From contig MU053504.1 of the NCBI GenBank assembly GCA_013239625.1, positions 746,001 through 810,000 on the forward strand: a stretch of 64,000 nucleotides of DNA, written 5' to 3'. How positions within the stretch are numbered: position 1 is the first letter of the stretch; every line of letters starts with the position of its first letter. Shown here in pieces: positions 22,801 through 34,910 of this stretch. The notes under the pieces are model-generated. The model did no database searches and was not told where the DNA came from. It worked only from the letters and a program-made list of their open reading frames with translations. Source of the DNA: Lama guanicoe. Lineage: Eukaryota. The position numbers and the translations under genes are program-made.

Positions 22801-25800
22801 GAAGGGTTTTAGGGGCCAGAGGGGAGATGTAGCTGCAAAGGCACTTTAACACCAAATAGAAGGGGACCTGATGTGAAAAAAAGGAAGTTGCCCTTCCCTG
22901 CTGAAGACCACAGGGCACGCCAAACAGCTGCACAGGGAAGTGGGAGAATCAAAGTGATGTTCCCCGGGGGTTAACCTTGCAGCTGTGGGCCAGAAACATT
23001 TATGCAGGTGAAGGAGAAAAATTCGAGCAGAAAAAACTCAGCGTGAGTCAAAAAAGAAATACTGTTACCTGCTTCTGATCAGAAAAAAACTAGTTTGGAG
23101 TTTTTCGCTCAGATCTGTATATCCCACTGGGTGGATGTTTTTCTTATTTCTGCTGGACAAGCTACTACACTAGAAACTGACACATTGTAAACTGACTATA
23201 CTTCAGCTTAAAAAAAAAAAAAAGGTAGTGGGGTCATTCCCCCCGAGAATTCTTAGAGCAGGCAGAAAAAGCCAGTTCTTTCAGGGAGAGATGAAATGCA
23301 GGGTCAGTGCCCCTGCTGTGAAGACGTGTGGTTCTGCAGCCCAGCATCCTGTCTTCCCTTTCGCTGGTGGTGGCTTGGGCTATGATACCGGCTGCCAGCG
23401 CAGCCGCTCACACTGCCTGTAGGGAGCTGTCCTAACCAGCTTCCTGTGGTTCTGGAGAGCTGTCTGTCCACCCTCTGGCTCATCTTTGGCTGGGCTAGAC
23501 CCGGCCAATTCTAATCCTCCCTTCTCTCCACCTTTCATCCCCTCTGGCCCAATCATTCATTCTCTAAAGCTGATTCCAGTTGGACCAAGGAAAGCAGCTC
23601 GGTTTCCAGGGGCTGAACTGCTGGTGGGCAGCTCCCCCTAGTGGAGAACGTCATCTAGGACACAAAAGGCAGATAGGAGAGAGATTTGATCAGGGTAGGG
23701 GAAAGAGGAGAAAAAGAAGGAAAATGAGGGGCCTGAGAGGGAAGAAAAGACAAAGAAGAGGAGGAGGAAGGAGTGGGAGAGAGCAAACCCAGTAGTAGAG
23801 AGAATGAGAATCTTGCACCTGCACCTTCCCTGTTTCCTGGCTCAGACAGTCAAGAATTCTGGCCTCTCTTTAAATTGACTTCCAGAGGGACAGGGGATAA
23901 GGTCAGTGGTAGAGCGCATGTGTAGCATGCATGAGGTCTTGGGTTCGGTCTCCAGTACCTCCCTCAAAGAAAGAAATAAATTGATTAAATAAATATTACC
24001 TCCTCCCCCACAAATATAACTCAAGAATAAAAAAAAAAATAAACAAGTTTAAATTTTCTTCCAGAAACTGTCAGCTGAAACAGTTAAAGTCTTCCTAGAA
24101 GGGACTTTGGTGTCCAGCTGCCCGTGATCTTCCCGCAGAGAACTTTCAACGAGTACATGGAATTGGGGAAGGAAGTCCCACTCCGTCTTCTTGAGGAAGG
24201 CGTAGGAGAGGGAGGAATAGAATCTAGGGGTGAGTGCCTGAGAGTATTACCATCAGCCCCCAGCATCCCCTCTTCCTTCACCTTCATCCCTTGCTGCCCT
24301 GAGTCCCTGACCTACTGCTGTTCGCACTCCAGGCAGAGGGCAGGTGTTTTCACCTCTGACCTTCTCAGCTATGCTGCCCAGAGAGGCTGGTGAGAGGCTG
24401 CACCCACCTTTCCCCAGGCTGGGTGCCTGAGCCTGCAGGGTGATGTTGGCCTGGACTGGGGGCTGCTCATCCTGGACCACCCAGCAGGCAAACTCACTCC
24501 CGTTCAGCGTGGCCTCTGCCTGCCAGGTGTGCTCCAGAGAGTAGGTCCCATCTGGGTTTCTGGTGACTGGCGGGGACTCCACGGTCTGTACCTTGTGCCT
24601 GTTCTCCATCCAGGTGAGGTGCAGGTGGGAGGGATAGAAGTGGCTCACATGGCACGTGAGATTCACTCTCTGATGCACATGGATTTGCATCCCAGAGGGC
24701 TTGGTGGTGATCTTCAGGGTGGGGACAACTAAGCACAGAAACAAAAGAATGTCTGTTGAAATTACCCCTGCCTGTTCTATGTCTTCCTCTCTCAGGAGCC
24801 AGCTCTAGATCTCTCACTCTTAAATTAGTTACCTGTATGAAAAAGAAAGAAATCGCAGGGGAGGGTATAGCTTAGTGGTAGAGAGCATGCTTAGTATGCA
24901 TAGGGTCCTGGGTTCGATCCCCAGTAGCTCCGTTAAATTAAAAAAATAATCGCAAGTAAATAAAGCTAATTACCTCCCCCCAAAACACCAAGCAAACAAA
25001 AAACAGAAATGAATTTTTCTTGTATGCTCAATGTAAGGCAAACAGAGCTAAGCAGTAATATTCATTAAATGTGGGTAGGGGTACAAGGGTGTCTGCTGTA
25101 TTAGTTCCTGTTTGAAATGTTTCATATCATGAAGTATTATTTTAAGAATTATCAAATATGATTCTCATGAGAACAGGGACAAAATTTTATTCATCTCTGT
25201 AACCCTAGCACCTAGAACAGTGCCTGCCACACAGTAGATAGTCATTGATGAATGAATTCATTTATGCTGAATAAATATTAAATATCTAAAATTAAAAATA
25301 ATAATGAAGTTAATAGAACAAAGATGTTTGGAATGGAAGCTTCGTCAGATAATGATAAAATAAAATCTACATAATGATAAAATAAAACCTGCATAAACAG
25401 CTTAAATATGGTGTGGCCAGCACCGTGCCAGGTGCTTTGTAAGAAATAGCTCTGTTAATCCTCACATGAAACCTACAGGGCAGGTCTTAATTTTATTCTC
25501 ATTCTCAGAGGAAAAGGAGGCACAAAGAGGTTAAGTAACTTACCCAAGATCACACAGCTTGTGAAGCGGCACAGCCGGGACTAAGCCAAGGTGGTTGGCC
25601 TCAGGAGCCCGTGCCTTTAACACCGCTACCAGGATGGCCTCGGCCATGAGGGATTCCAATTTCCCAACCGTGAAATGCCGCTTCGCAAAAGCCCTAAATT
25701 CTCCGAAAGCCAATGCTGTCAGAAAACGCTGCCCCCACCCTGCCCTGCTCACGCACCTCGGAGCACTTGGGAGAGGTTCATGCTCTTCCGCAGGGGCTCC

Positions 25801-27484
25801 GCCAGGTGCCTGTGGGTGACTTCGCAGGTCATCTCCGACCAGACATCTTGACGGTCCAGGGTCACCCACACCTTACTGGTGACTGTGTACTTGGCTTTGT
25901 CCTCAGTCACCAGGCGCTGAGCTGAGGCTGGATGCTCGTCTCTGTCCTTCAGCCAGGTGACATAGAAATCGGAGGAGCCGAAGGGGCCAGCGGTGCAGTT
26001 GAAAGCCACCAAATTCCCGGCGGTTGTCCTCTGAGTGGGGCCCATCAGAGAGATGGAGGGCTGCGCAGCTGGGAAAGAGAGCGAGCCGCGTCGCACACTC
26101 TGCAGTCGGGAAGAAGCGCCGCGGCGCGGCAGGCCCTGCGGACTTCCTATGCGCCCTGTCTGGTTCCAGCCTCGGGGAGCTTATAGACAGATGCTAACAA
26201 GTCAGCAGGCAAATACAGAATTACAACTGGGCCTCCATGACTTCAGGGAAACCCAAAGAGCACAGATGTAGGAAATGCCTGGAGGACTTAATTATAGAAA
26301 GGTGGTAGGAGAAGGGTTCTTGGAGGAGGTGATGTCTTGAGCTTAAATGAGGAATGGATAGGAGCCAGCCATGGGAAGGGGCAGAGGAAGGACATTCTAG
26401 AAAGTGGGAACAGCCAGTGAGAAGCACCTCAGGCAGGAAGAGCTTGGTGGACCTGAGAAACTGAGAGGTCTTAAGACTTAAGCATCGTGACCAAAGAGGT
26501 CCAGATGGAGAGGAGCCTTGTGGGACATGGGGACCGTTTGATTCCACTTTATGATGGGAAGCCACTGGAGATTTTTGAACAGAGGGGCAAGCTGATCTCC
26601 TTGGCATGTTGTAGTAGATAACTGGGGCTGCTCTGTGGAGGATGGAAAGGAGGTGGGCAGGAGGGAGGCCAGTGAGGAGGCTGGCTCAGACCTCCAGGTG
26701 TGAGGTCATGGTGCCTGGACCAGGGAAATGAGAAAGGGAGGGACCCATTTGGAAGATACAGCCATCAAGACTTGGTGATGGACTGGAGGGAAGATGAGCA
26801 ACAGAATAAATTATGAATAAATGATTCCTAGGCTTTTCTCTTGAGCATCTGTGTGGATGGTGGTTCTAGGTTTTGAGGTGGGGCTAAATGGATCAAGTTA
26901 GGATGGGGGAGATGTGGTGAGGAATCAAAGGTTTCCATTTTGGACAGAAGTGAGAAGCCAAGAACCTCTGCTGGCAGGCATGGTTGGCCGGCATGGCTGG
27001 CCCTCCTCATCAGGTCCTTCCCATCGACACCCCAGTGAACCTCCAACCTCTGCTTGCTCACCTCCAGTGACAGGGGGCTCTCTACACCACAGGCAGCTTC
27101 ATCCATCCTCACAAGCTTAAACTATGACAGTACTCTGCTCCTAACGTAGGATCTGTCTCCCAGAGTCATCCCAACAGCTGCAGGGGCTGGACTCTTCCCT
27201 GTCTGTCAGGACAGCCTGCAGAGATCTGAGAGCAGGGGCTTCTCCCAATTTTCACTGCATCCCCTGAGCCAGTATGTAAGTTGGGTGCTGGGGACACAGA
27301 TGTGACAAACAGGACCCCTGCCCCAAGGCTCTCAGATCTCCTCTGTCATAGCATGAGGCAGCCCAGTTTGGCAATCCCTGCCCACTCTGAGGGTCTCTGT
27401 GGGCAGCATTCAGGACTCACCTGTGAGTCCCAGCAGACAGGTGAGCAGGAGGGCGCCCAGCGCCTGCGCAGGTGTGGTGGTCAT
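16706..27484 (-). CDS. Gene 2: V-less SIRP-family gene, leader + 4 IgC1 + Lys-containing TM (SIRPB3-like position). Exons 27484-27421, 26068-25757, 24728-24408, 21112-20804, 17254-16924, 16812-16706; 1-nt phase mismatch before the TM exon as assembled
   Basis: Six exons with canonical splice sites and SIRP-type leader, C1 and TM sequences. About 480 aa if one base is removed near 16940-16944. It may be a pseudogene, a soluble variant or an assembly error. Confidence 0.82.
16924..17254 (-). CDS. Gene 2 exon 5, IgC1 domain 4 (C1b type: VPPAVTVS..VAVTCHVQRFYP..LTWMEN..NSDGTYTL..LTCKVQHEAQP)
   Basis: Lies within ORF 16920..17261. Acceptor tgccag, donor CCAG|gtaagc. At 331 nt it ends in phase 2. 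Confidence 0.88.
19170..19621. mobile_element. ERVL-type LTR (LTR16-like)
   Basis: Ends tcaggctctgccttcaggggaacccaaataaagac, recalled as an LTR16-like terminus. Confidence 0.5.
20804..21112 (-). CDS. Gene 2 exon 4, IgC1 domain 3 (C1a type: LKGP..IQLTFTSPGF..VTWLKN..SYNVTSSV..VLCHVKH..ISLDQYLR)
   Basis: Lies within ORF 20772..21215. Acceptor tcttacag, donor CGTG|gtaagg, 309 nt, phase 1/1. The B-strand Cys position is Phe. Confidence 0.88.
23629..23646 (-). promoter_or_regulatory. Candidate CTCF site in gene 2 intron 3
   Basis: Minus strand reads CTCCACTAGGGGGAGCTG, close to the core CCACTAGGGGGCGC. Confidence 0.5.
23893..24042 (+). mobile_element. tRNA-Ala-derived SINE (Vic-1 type)
   Basis: ggggataaggtcagtggtagagcgcatgtgtagcatgcatgaggtcttgggttcg followed by an A-rich tail. 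Confidence 0.8.
24408..24728 (-). CDS. Gene 2 exon 3, IgC1 domain 2 (C1b type: VVPTLKIT..VNLTCHVSHFYP..LTWMEN..NPDGTYSL..FACWV)
   Basis: Lies within ORF 24253..24744. Acceptor gcttag, donor AAAG|gtgggt, 321 nt, phase 1/1. Confidence 0.9.
24858..25003 (+). mobile_element. tRNA-Ala-derived SINE (Vic-1 type)
   Basis: ggggagggtatagcttagtggtagagagcatgcttagtatgcatagggtcctgggttcgatccccag followed by a tail. Confidence 0.85.
25757..26068 (-). CDS. Gene 2 exon 2, IgC1 domain 1 (C1a type: AQPSISLMGP..VAFNC..VTWLKD..MTCEVTH..MNLSQVLR)
   Basis: Lies within ORF 25749..26096. Acceptor ttcccag, donor CGAG|gtgcgt, 312 nt, phase 1/1. Confidence 0.9.
27421..27484 (-). CDS. Gene 2 exon 1, signal peptide MTTTPAQALGALLLTCLLGLT(G)
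   Basis: Kozak-like ccagccATG. 64 nt ending CTGGGACTCACAG|gtgagt, the same ending as the gene 1 leader. Confidence 0.85.
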
Positions 27485-28204
27485 GGCTGGAGGCTCACGA
27501 TGTCCCTGGAATGTGCTGGCTCCAACCCCTGGATGAGGATCTATGAGAGCCCAGGAGCAACCACCTGACCTCCTGACAGCTGAGGGCGGGCCTCGCGATT
27601 CCTGGCCAGCTACCCACCCCCAGGCCTGGAGCAGTGGTTTGAGCTGCAGCAGGAGAAGTGGTTGCTGTGGCCCAGGTTTCCTTCCAACCCCTAAACCTGG
27701 GGTTCTTTAGCACGGAAGGCGTCTGCTGCCTTTGGCCTGGGCACTGACCATCTCTGATGCCCCCTGAACCAGAGTAGGAAGGGGCCAGGCTCCACCCTTT
27801 CTCCGAGGGGGTGAGCTTCCTCCTTGCTGAGCAGACATGATTGAGAACCTGCATAGCCCCGACCCAGGGATGGCTTCTGGGACCACCGAGTGGATTGTGT
27901 GGTCCATCTCTAAGGACCACATCTGGAAGAAAGGTTGGTGCCGGGAGCTGGACATACAGAACCAAATAAATCAGAGCACAGACTTGCACACCCAGCCCCG
28001 CCCACCACCTCACTGGACTTGTACCATGTCAGCCAGGGCTTCTCCTGTCTCCCAGAATTGTCTGCGAGGCTCCAAGTACAGGGAGGATGAATGTTGAGCG
28101 CAGATTCCATTGCTCTGGCTTCTCCCCATGGCCGCTACCATCCTCCTACTCTGTTTCGCTTTCCAGTTGTGAGCCCGGACACATGTCTACCCGCTCCCAG
28201 CTCA

Positions 28205-28585
28205 GCTCTGTCCCCAGAAACACTGTGTGAGCCACGTACTGCGTTTTAGATGTTCTAGTATTCACATTGAGAAAGTAAAAAGAAACAAGCAAAATGAATT
28301 TTAACAAATACATTTTATTTAACCCAGCATCTGAAAGGGTATCATTTCAACATATAAACAATATTAAAAAAATAGTATGGTCTTTTACCTTATTTTTTCC
28401 TTTAGTCTTTGAAATTTTCAACAGTTACAGTGAAATGTAGTCCAACCCAAAAAATAAAGTTGTGGTTAACAAAAAATATCTATATTATACTGCTTCTGTT
28501 TTTAAATTTAAAATATTTAAATACAATTAAAACCTCAGTCTCTCTGTGACACAGGCCACGCACAGCTGCCACATTGGACACTATG
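28205..28585. mobile_element. hAT-Charlie DNA transposon relic (MER33/MER3-like)
   Basis: cagctctgtcc..gagccac..ttctagt..cacatt..aaagtaaaaagaaac..attttatttaaccca..ttggaca pattern. Confidence 0.55.
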
Positions 28586-28686
28586 GTTTTGGATGACATG
28601 TTCCTTCCTCAGGAAAGCCTTCCCTGACACCTCCTGTGGGTTCGGTTACTTCTCTTGCACAGCATCTATCAGAGCTGTAATTTAAT

Positions 28687-28923
28687 TTTTTTTTATTGAA
28701 GTATAGTCAGTTACAATGTGAAAACTTCTGGTGTACAGCATACTGTCCCAGTCATGCATTTACATACATCTATTCACTTTCATATTCTTTTCATTAAAGG
28801 TTATTACAAGGTGTTGAATATAATTCCCTTTGCTCTACAGAAGAAAGTTGTTTTCTTATTTTTATATATAGTGGTTAACATTTGCAAGTCTCAAATTTCC
28901 AAGTTTATCCCTTCCCACACCCT
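28687..28923 (-). mobile_element. 5'-truncated young LINE-1 3' end with TSD
   Basis: Poly-T then attgaagtatagtcagttacaatgtg. TSD tgtaatttaat at 28676-28686 and 28924-28934. Confidence 0.8.
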
Positions 28924-31441
28924 TGTAATTTAATCTTTAAGTGGCATCCAGTTGCATAATTTCCCTCATTAGACAGCGAGGGCAGGGACCAGGTTCTTGT
29001 TCACGACAGTAAGTGCCGAGAGCATAGAAGCTGCTCGATGAATGTTGCTTGGTTGGGTGGGGGTTTGGATAAATAAACAAAGAGGGAATATGTGCTGTAG
29101 GGGTAAAGAAAAGGAGGAAGCACTACCAAAGAGAAAGCAGACAGCTTCCTGGAGGAGGCAACTGCCTTCAAAAGCCCCTGCATCTGCCTTTCCGCTTCAG
29201 TCACACGATCTGCATGGAAAGGGAGGCAGGTGACACCAGAGCTGGGCTGCACGACCTGGGGAAGCCACGGACAGCCTGCCTTATGAGGTTGGAAGGCTTA
29301 CGGAGAAGTGCCAAAGTACCCACAGGGCTCACCCAGGCTGGGCCACATGCCCAGCGGAGGAGGCTCGGTTTCCTGAGTGGAGCCAAGCCAGTCTTCTTCC
29401 TGATTCCAGCACCGCCAGACGTGGGTGTCACCCAGTCCAGAAGCTCAGCCTCTGATGGGGTCGGAGGCTCCAAGAGCCCACATCATGAGTGTGAGCCCCA
29501 GCCTTGGCCTAACGGGCTGAGGGGCCAGAGGGACAGAGGAGCCTTAGCTCCTCAGAAAGGGACACACAGGGTCCCTAAAATCCTACCTCTTGTTGCAAAG
29601 CCCCATGATCTTTCACCCTCACCTCATCTTCTTAGCGGGGCTCAGTCTCAGCTTAGACAACCATTTGTGTTTCGCTGCCACTCCTCCAAACAAAGCTCCA
29701 TCTCTCCCCAGGACGATCAACTAACTCTTTAAGGGCAGGGACCCTTTCTCATCCACCGGCTCCACGTCTGAGTCCTTAGTGCTCAGCACAGCGCCTGACA
29801 CACAGTAGCCTCTGAACACACGTCTGCTGAATAAATTCACCTCATCAGCAGTATGTTCATTCCTGCTGCTCCTGTAGAGTGCCAACTATGTGCCAAGTGC
29901 CATTCAAGGTGCTGAGCGACTGAGCAGTGAGCAAGACAGGTCTCCACCATCAAGGAAGCTACCTTCTAGAGGGGAGGCTGAAGACTAAGGGGCGAATGTG
30001 CAGTGTGATTTCAGGAGGGTTAACACTGAAGGAAAGTAAAAAAGTGCGGAGAGAGTGAGGCCTGTGTTTGAGATGGGTGCAAAGGAAGACCAGACCGTGG
30101 GAGCGGAGGGAGGGGGTGGGGAGATGGGGGAGGGGTGCGTGAGCTGAAACCTGGACGAAGGGAGGACGGTCGTGGGGGGATCTGGGGGAAGAGAAGGACT
30201 GCAGCATGTGGGGCAGGCGTGAGCTGGGGCTTCTGATCAACATCAAGGTCACCTGCAGAGGGAGGGGCGGCAATCATGAGAGAAACCACAGGCCTGACCT
30301 TGCAGACCACGGTAAAGAGGTGGGATTGCAGCCTGTGTGCAACACGTCGGTGGGCTGAGAGCAGAGGTGGGGGGGTCCAGTTTGTAAATTAAAAACTCAC
30401 TCTGGGGGCTGTGGTGGGGATGGGTGGGAGGAGGGTCAGGGAGGAGGCAAGGGGAGGAGAGGAAGCAAGAGGCTGCGACAGCTGGGGATGGCTGGACGCT
30501 GGAGTCTGGAGCCTGGGGAAGGAGGAGGGATGCTGGGGAAAGCGGGTAGAAACATGTAAGCTGTAAGCATGTGAATAACCGTAAAGACACTGCATAGGAT
30601 GAGACCAACTTCAGAAAAGGTGGGGAGGAAAGAGGGGGAGGGTCTCAGGGCTGAGCTTGTGACCTGGCTCTGCCACCAATGTGCAGGGTGACCTTGCACC
30701 ATCTCTCTGGGCTCAGGTTCTACAACTGGACATGGAGGGGTCTGGGCCAGGTGATCTCTAAGGATCTTGTTCCTTGAATATTCATGGGCCTGGTTTCATT
30801 TCCTGCACTCCGGACTCCCAGCCCAGGCCTCATGCACGCAATGTCTGCTAAGCCTGCTTCCCAGGCAAAGTGCCAAGACTGGCACCATGGGGGTCGGAGC
30901 CCTGCAACTGCACAGGGCCTGCACTCACGGGGCTCACACTTGATTTACTGCTCCGCTGTCACCATCTTGAAACACTTAATACTTTTCGAACACAGGGTCC
31001 TGCGTTCCCGTTAATTATGTGGCCTGTGCTGCCAACTGCCCTTGGCCTCCGGGGTAAAGCAAGGCCAACTTAAGGCAGAGGTAGCAGGCATGATGCAGGG
31101 GGAGGAGGCCCCTGGGGTTGCAGCGTGCCAGGACCAACAGAGGACCATCGCAGGACCCTCTGTGGCATCCAGGGCCCTGGCATCACTAGCATCATCGTCC
31201 CCTCTAACCCAGACTCTTTGACATCCCACAAGTCCCAACAAACTTTTCTATTCCAGGAGCCGAAGACTTCAGCCACCATGGATGGATTGGCTCCAGTGAC
31301 CTTCAGCCCCATGAAAGAAAACAAACACAATAATGGGAGATGATGGATGAAGATCAAGGCCTTTTCCCCACAAAGTGGCTTTGATGATGGACATTTAGGC
31401 TCTATGTACTTAGGTGGGGCACACATGTGAGCCCAGCAGGA

Positions 31442-31640
31442 GGAAAGTGAAACCTAGTGATGGGAGGTGACTGCTTGATAACGTGCAGTCAGGGACTGCC
31501 CAGCTAAAGGGAACCAAAGAGGAAGTGACTGGGGCTCATTTCACTTAAGTGAAAGGAGGACTTTCTAACAATAATGCTGTTCAACAATGAAGCCTCTTTC
31601 CTTCTGAGGAGGGAACTTCCCTTCCCAGGGATGCGCAAGT
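31442..31640. promoter_or_regulatory. Candidate myeloid/interferon enhancer: ISRE + PU.1 + inverted IRF palindrome + NF-kB
   Basis: GGAAAGTGAAACC 31442-31454; AAAGAGGAAGTGA 31516-31528; TTTCACTTAAGTGAAA 31539-31554; GGGAACTTCC 31611-31620. Confidence 0.55.
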
Positions 31641-33520
31641 ATAGGACTCAGGCCAGGGATGAAGATTCTGGCTGAGCAGCTCAACTGGAGGCATGTTTCT
31701 CAAACCATAGACCACAATGCCTTTGTGGGTCATGAAATCAATGTTGTGGACCTAATCCAGCATTTTTCTTTTAATCGACTAGAGAGGAGAGGCAGGGAGG
31801 AGAGGGGAGAAGGAATAAATACCTGGGTTTATCCCACATAGTAAAGGAAAGTACTCTTTCTTGAAACTTTTAGCGCATGTGTGTGTGCTCAAGCATGCAC
31901 ACATTGCATGGCAGTATAAAGTGTATTACTGTGGGTGGTCGTCAAAAAGATTGAAAGCCTCGGAAAGTTGATCTCTAAGATCCTTGCCACTATGCGGTTA
32001 TGTGAGGCCAGGTTCTTAGTTTTATGTATGAAATTATGAGACTAGGAGTCTAAGATTCATATATTTCTTTTTTATCCATTTACTTCACATTTATTTAATG
32101 CCTCTTCTAAAGCCATGCTTCGTGCTAGGGACAAAGAGATCAGAATCATTTTCTGCCCTCAAGTCAAGTGATGGAGACAGACATTTAAACAGATACTTAG
32201 AATACAGCGTGGTAAGGGTTTCAGTAAGCACTTGGCTAAAATTGGTGCATATTTCACCCAATCCTACGAGGGGGGCGCTTTTCTCAGTGCTGTTTTGCAG
32301 ATGAGAAGGAAAAATCAAGATCAAATGGTCACATGAAAGGTTTATCAAGGCCCCCAGCAGAGCCATAATTTGAACCCAGGACCACCTGTGTGCAGAGCTG
32401 TATTTTAACCACTGGACTATGGTGTGAAGGGCGGAGGTGGGGTGAGAAGGCTCATGGAGGAAGGGACTGACTGGGGAAGCTGGGGTGATGTGAGGGAGAG
32501 GTCAGGGAAAGTGTCACAGCACAAGGGACCCTTGAGTTATGTCTTAAAGGAAGAATAGGAGTTGATGGTTGAACAAGGTGACAAAGGCATTCACTTTTCT
32601 TAAGAGACAGCCCAGAAGCCATGCTGAGAATAGGAAAGAGTGTGGGATTTAGAGTAGGCAAATCTGACTTGACATTTCATTGCAGCTTTTACTAGCTGTG
32701 TGACCCTGGGCAAGTCACTTAAACTCTCTGGGCCTCTGTTTCTTCATGGATTAAATGGAGGTTGTCGTGAGATTAGAGACCATGTATGAGATGCATCTAA
32801 CATTAGCACAGCACCTGGCAAACAGTAGGAGCTTCATGTTGGTTACAACCTATTGATGAGGTTTCCCTGAGCTTGAATCCCAGCTCTGACATTTACCATC
32901 TGGGCAACCCTGGGCAGGTTGCTAACCTCAGTTTCCTTATTTTTAAAATAGAAATAAAACCTTCCATATAAGGTTATGAAAATATAAAATAAATCAATAC
33001 ATGTGAAGTGCTTAGAAGACTATCAGGCATAAATCAGGTGCATGATAGAAATTGGCTACTGTTCATACTTCTGTGTGCTACATGCTGTACTAAAAGCTGT
33101 ATAATTTTATTCATTTTAATTAGATTCACAAATGATCATTGAGGGTTTGCCATGTTCCAGGCAATTTTCTAGGTGCATCAGGGAATTTCAATTCATGTTC
33201 CGCACGCCTGGAACCCTGAGTATGATCCCAGGTTTGTTTTCTGGGGGGGGAGCGGGAGCGGGAACAGGATCTGGATGGGAGGTGAGATGGGTGATGAGAA
33301 ACGAGGCTGGAGAGGTAGGATGGGCCAGGCAATGAAAAATGTTTTATGTCATGTCATCCTCTAAGCAGTGGAGAGCCCATGGAGATTTTCAATCTGGGGA
33401 ATTTTTATTCTTACAATTTATGCTTCCCCAGTTGCAAAACCCTAAGTCTGTGTGCCAAAGTCGTTATGATTCCAAGATTATAGTTCTATGATTTTGTGAC
33501 CCTTAATATTTCTTACTTGC

Positions 33521-34910
33521 TGTGGTAGATTGATATAAAAAATGGCCACAATAGGGACTTGTGGTTTCAACTTCAATACGTAAAGAGCTTGAAAGTCATT
33601 ACTCCTATCCTTACGACAAGAAAGAATTAGGCAAGCTGGAAATCAGTGCCTTTTCTTGAATCCGTCAGAGACCTGAGGGTGAAGGGCAAATGGCCACCCA
33701 CAAATCTGGGGAGTCAGGTGCGTCTAAAGAGACATGGCACCCAAGACAGGCTTACCATAAATCAGTGGGAACAGGGAAGGAATAATTCCTTTTTGTTGTT
33801 CTTTTACTTTTTTTTATTGAAGTATAGTCAGTTACAATGTGTCAGTTTCTGATGTATAGCATGTTTCAGTCATATGTATACATACATATATTCATTTTCA
33901 TATGCTTTGTCATTAAAGGTTACTACAAGATATTGAATATAGTTCCCTGTGCTACACTGAAGAAATCTGTTGTATCTATTTTTATATATAGTAATTAATA
34001 TTTGCAAGTCTCGAACTCTCAATTTATCCCTTCCCACCCCCTTTCCCCTCTGATAACCATAAGATTGTTTACTATATCTGTGAGTCTGTTTCTGTTTTGT
34101 AAATGAGTTCATTTGCATCTTCTTTTTTTCTTTTATTCGATTCCACATATGAGTGATATCATATGGTATTTTTCTTTTTCTTTCTGGCTTACCTCACTTA
34201 GAATGACGATCAGGTCCATCCATGTTGCTGCAAATGGCATTATTTTATTCTTTTTTATGGCTGAGTGGTATTCTATTGTATAAATATACCACAGTGAAGG
34301 AATAATTCTGACGAATCACTAAAGGTCGATTGTTAAATGCAATCGTTAAGTGCAATTTTTAAGTGCAGGGATATATAGAAACTCTCTGTACTATCTTTGC
34401 AACTTTCCTGTAAATCTAACCATTATAAAATAAAAAACATTAGTTAAACATAGTTTTTAATGACCACAATAGTTCACATCGTTTGCATCATGCCCTTTGC
34501 AATGTGACTTTGCTGCTCCCCCTTGGAGAGGTGGTTTCTATCTCCCCACCTCTTGAATCCGGGCTAGCCTGTGACTTATTTCGACCAAAAGAGCGTGATG
34601 ATATGTGATGCCAATCGTGGAGTTTCCAGAGGCCTTGCTTGTTGCTGGGATGAGAGACATGGCCCAGGCCCCCTTCTTACCCCAGCTGATAACCAGCCAA
34701 CTGCCAGATATGTGACTGAGCCCATTCTTCCTAGACAAGCCAGCCCCCAGCAAGACCCACCCTCCGACCCAGACACAAGGAACCAACACAAAATGAGCCC
34801 CGCCTGACCCAGATCAGCAGGGCCATCCATATGAGCAATAACAAAAGCTTTTTGTTGAAAGTCCTTTGTTATAAGCATTAGCCAAGTGATGCACTCGTTT
34901 GGACACACAA
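33521..34910 (+). mobile_element. MLT1-like LTR interrupted by an old L1M piece (33555-34463)
   Basis: Starts tgtggtagattg..aaaaatggccaca and continues atgccctttgcaatgtgactttg..cttgaatccgggct. ccacaatag is repeated at 33546-33554 and 34464-34472. Confidence 0.6.
33789..34295 (-). mobile_element. 5'-truncated young LINE-1 3' end with TSD
   Basis: Same family as the 28.7-kb copy. TSD gaaggaataattc at 33776-33788 and 34296-34308. Confidence 0.85.

Noticed and set aside
24858..24932. tRNA-Ala-like sequence (also at 4.8, 23.9, 42.6 and 45.4 kb)
   Set aside because: Diverged copies with a shared non-tRNA tail, A-runs and a TSD in one case; these are SINEs, not tRNA genes.
27495..28110. ORFs of 66-172 aa upstream of the gene 2 leader
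   Set aside because: No Ig or signal-peptide features; they lie in promoter or 5' flank sequence.
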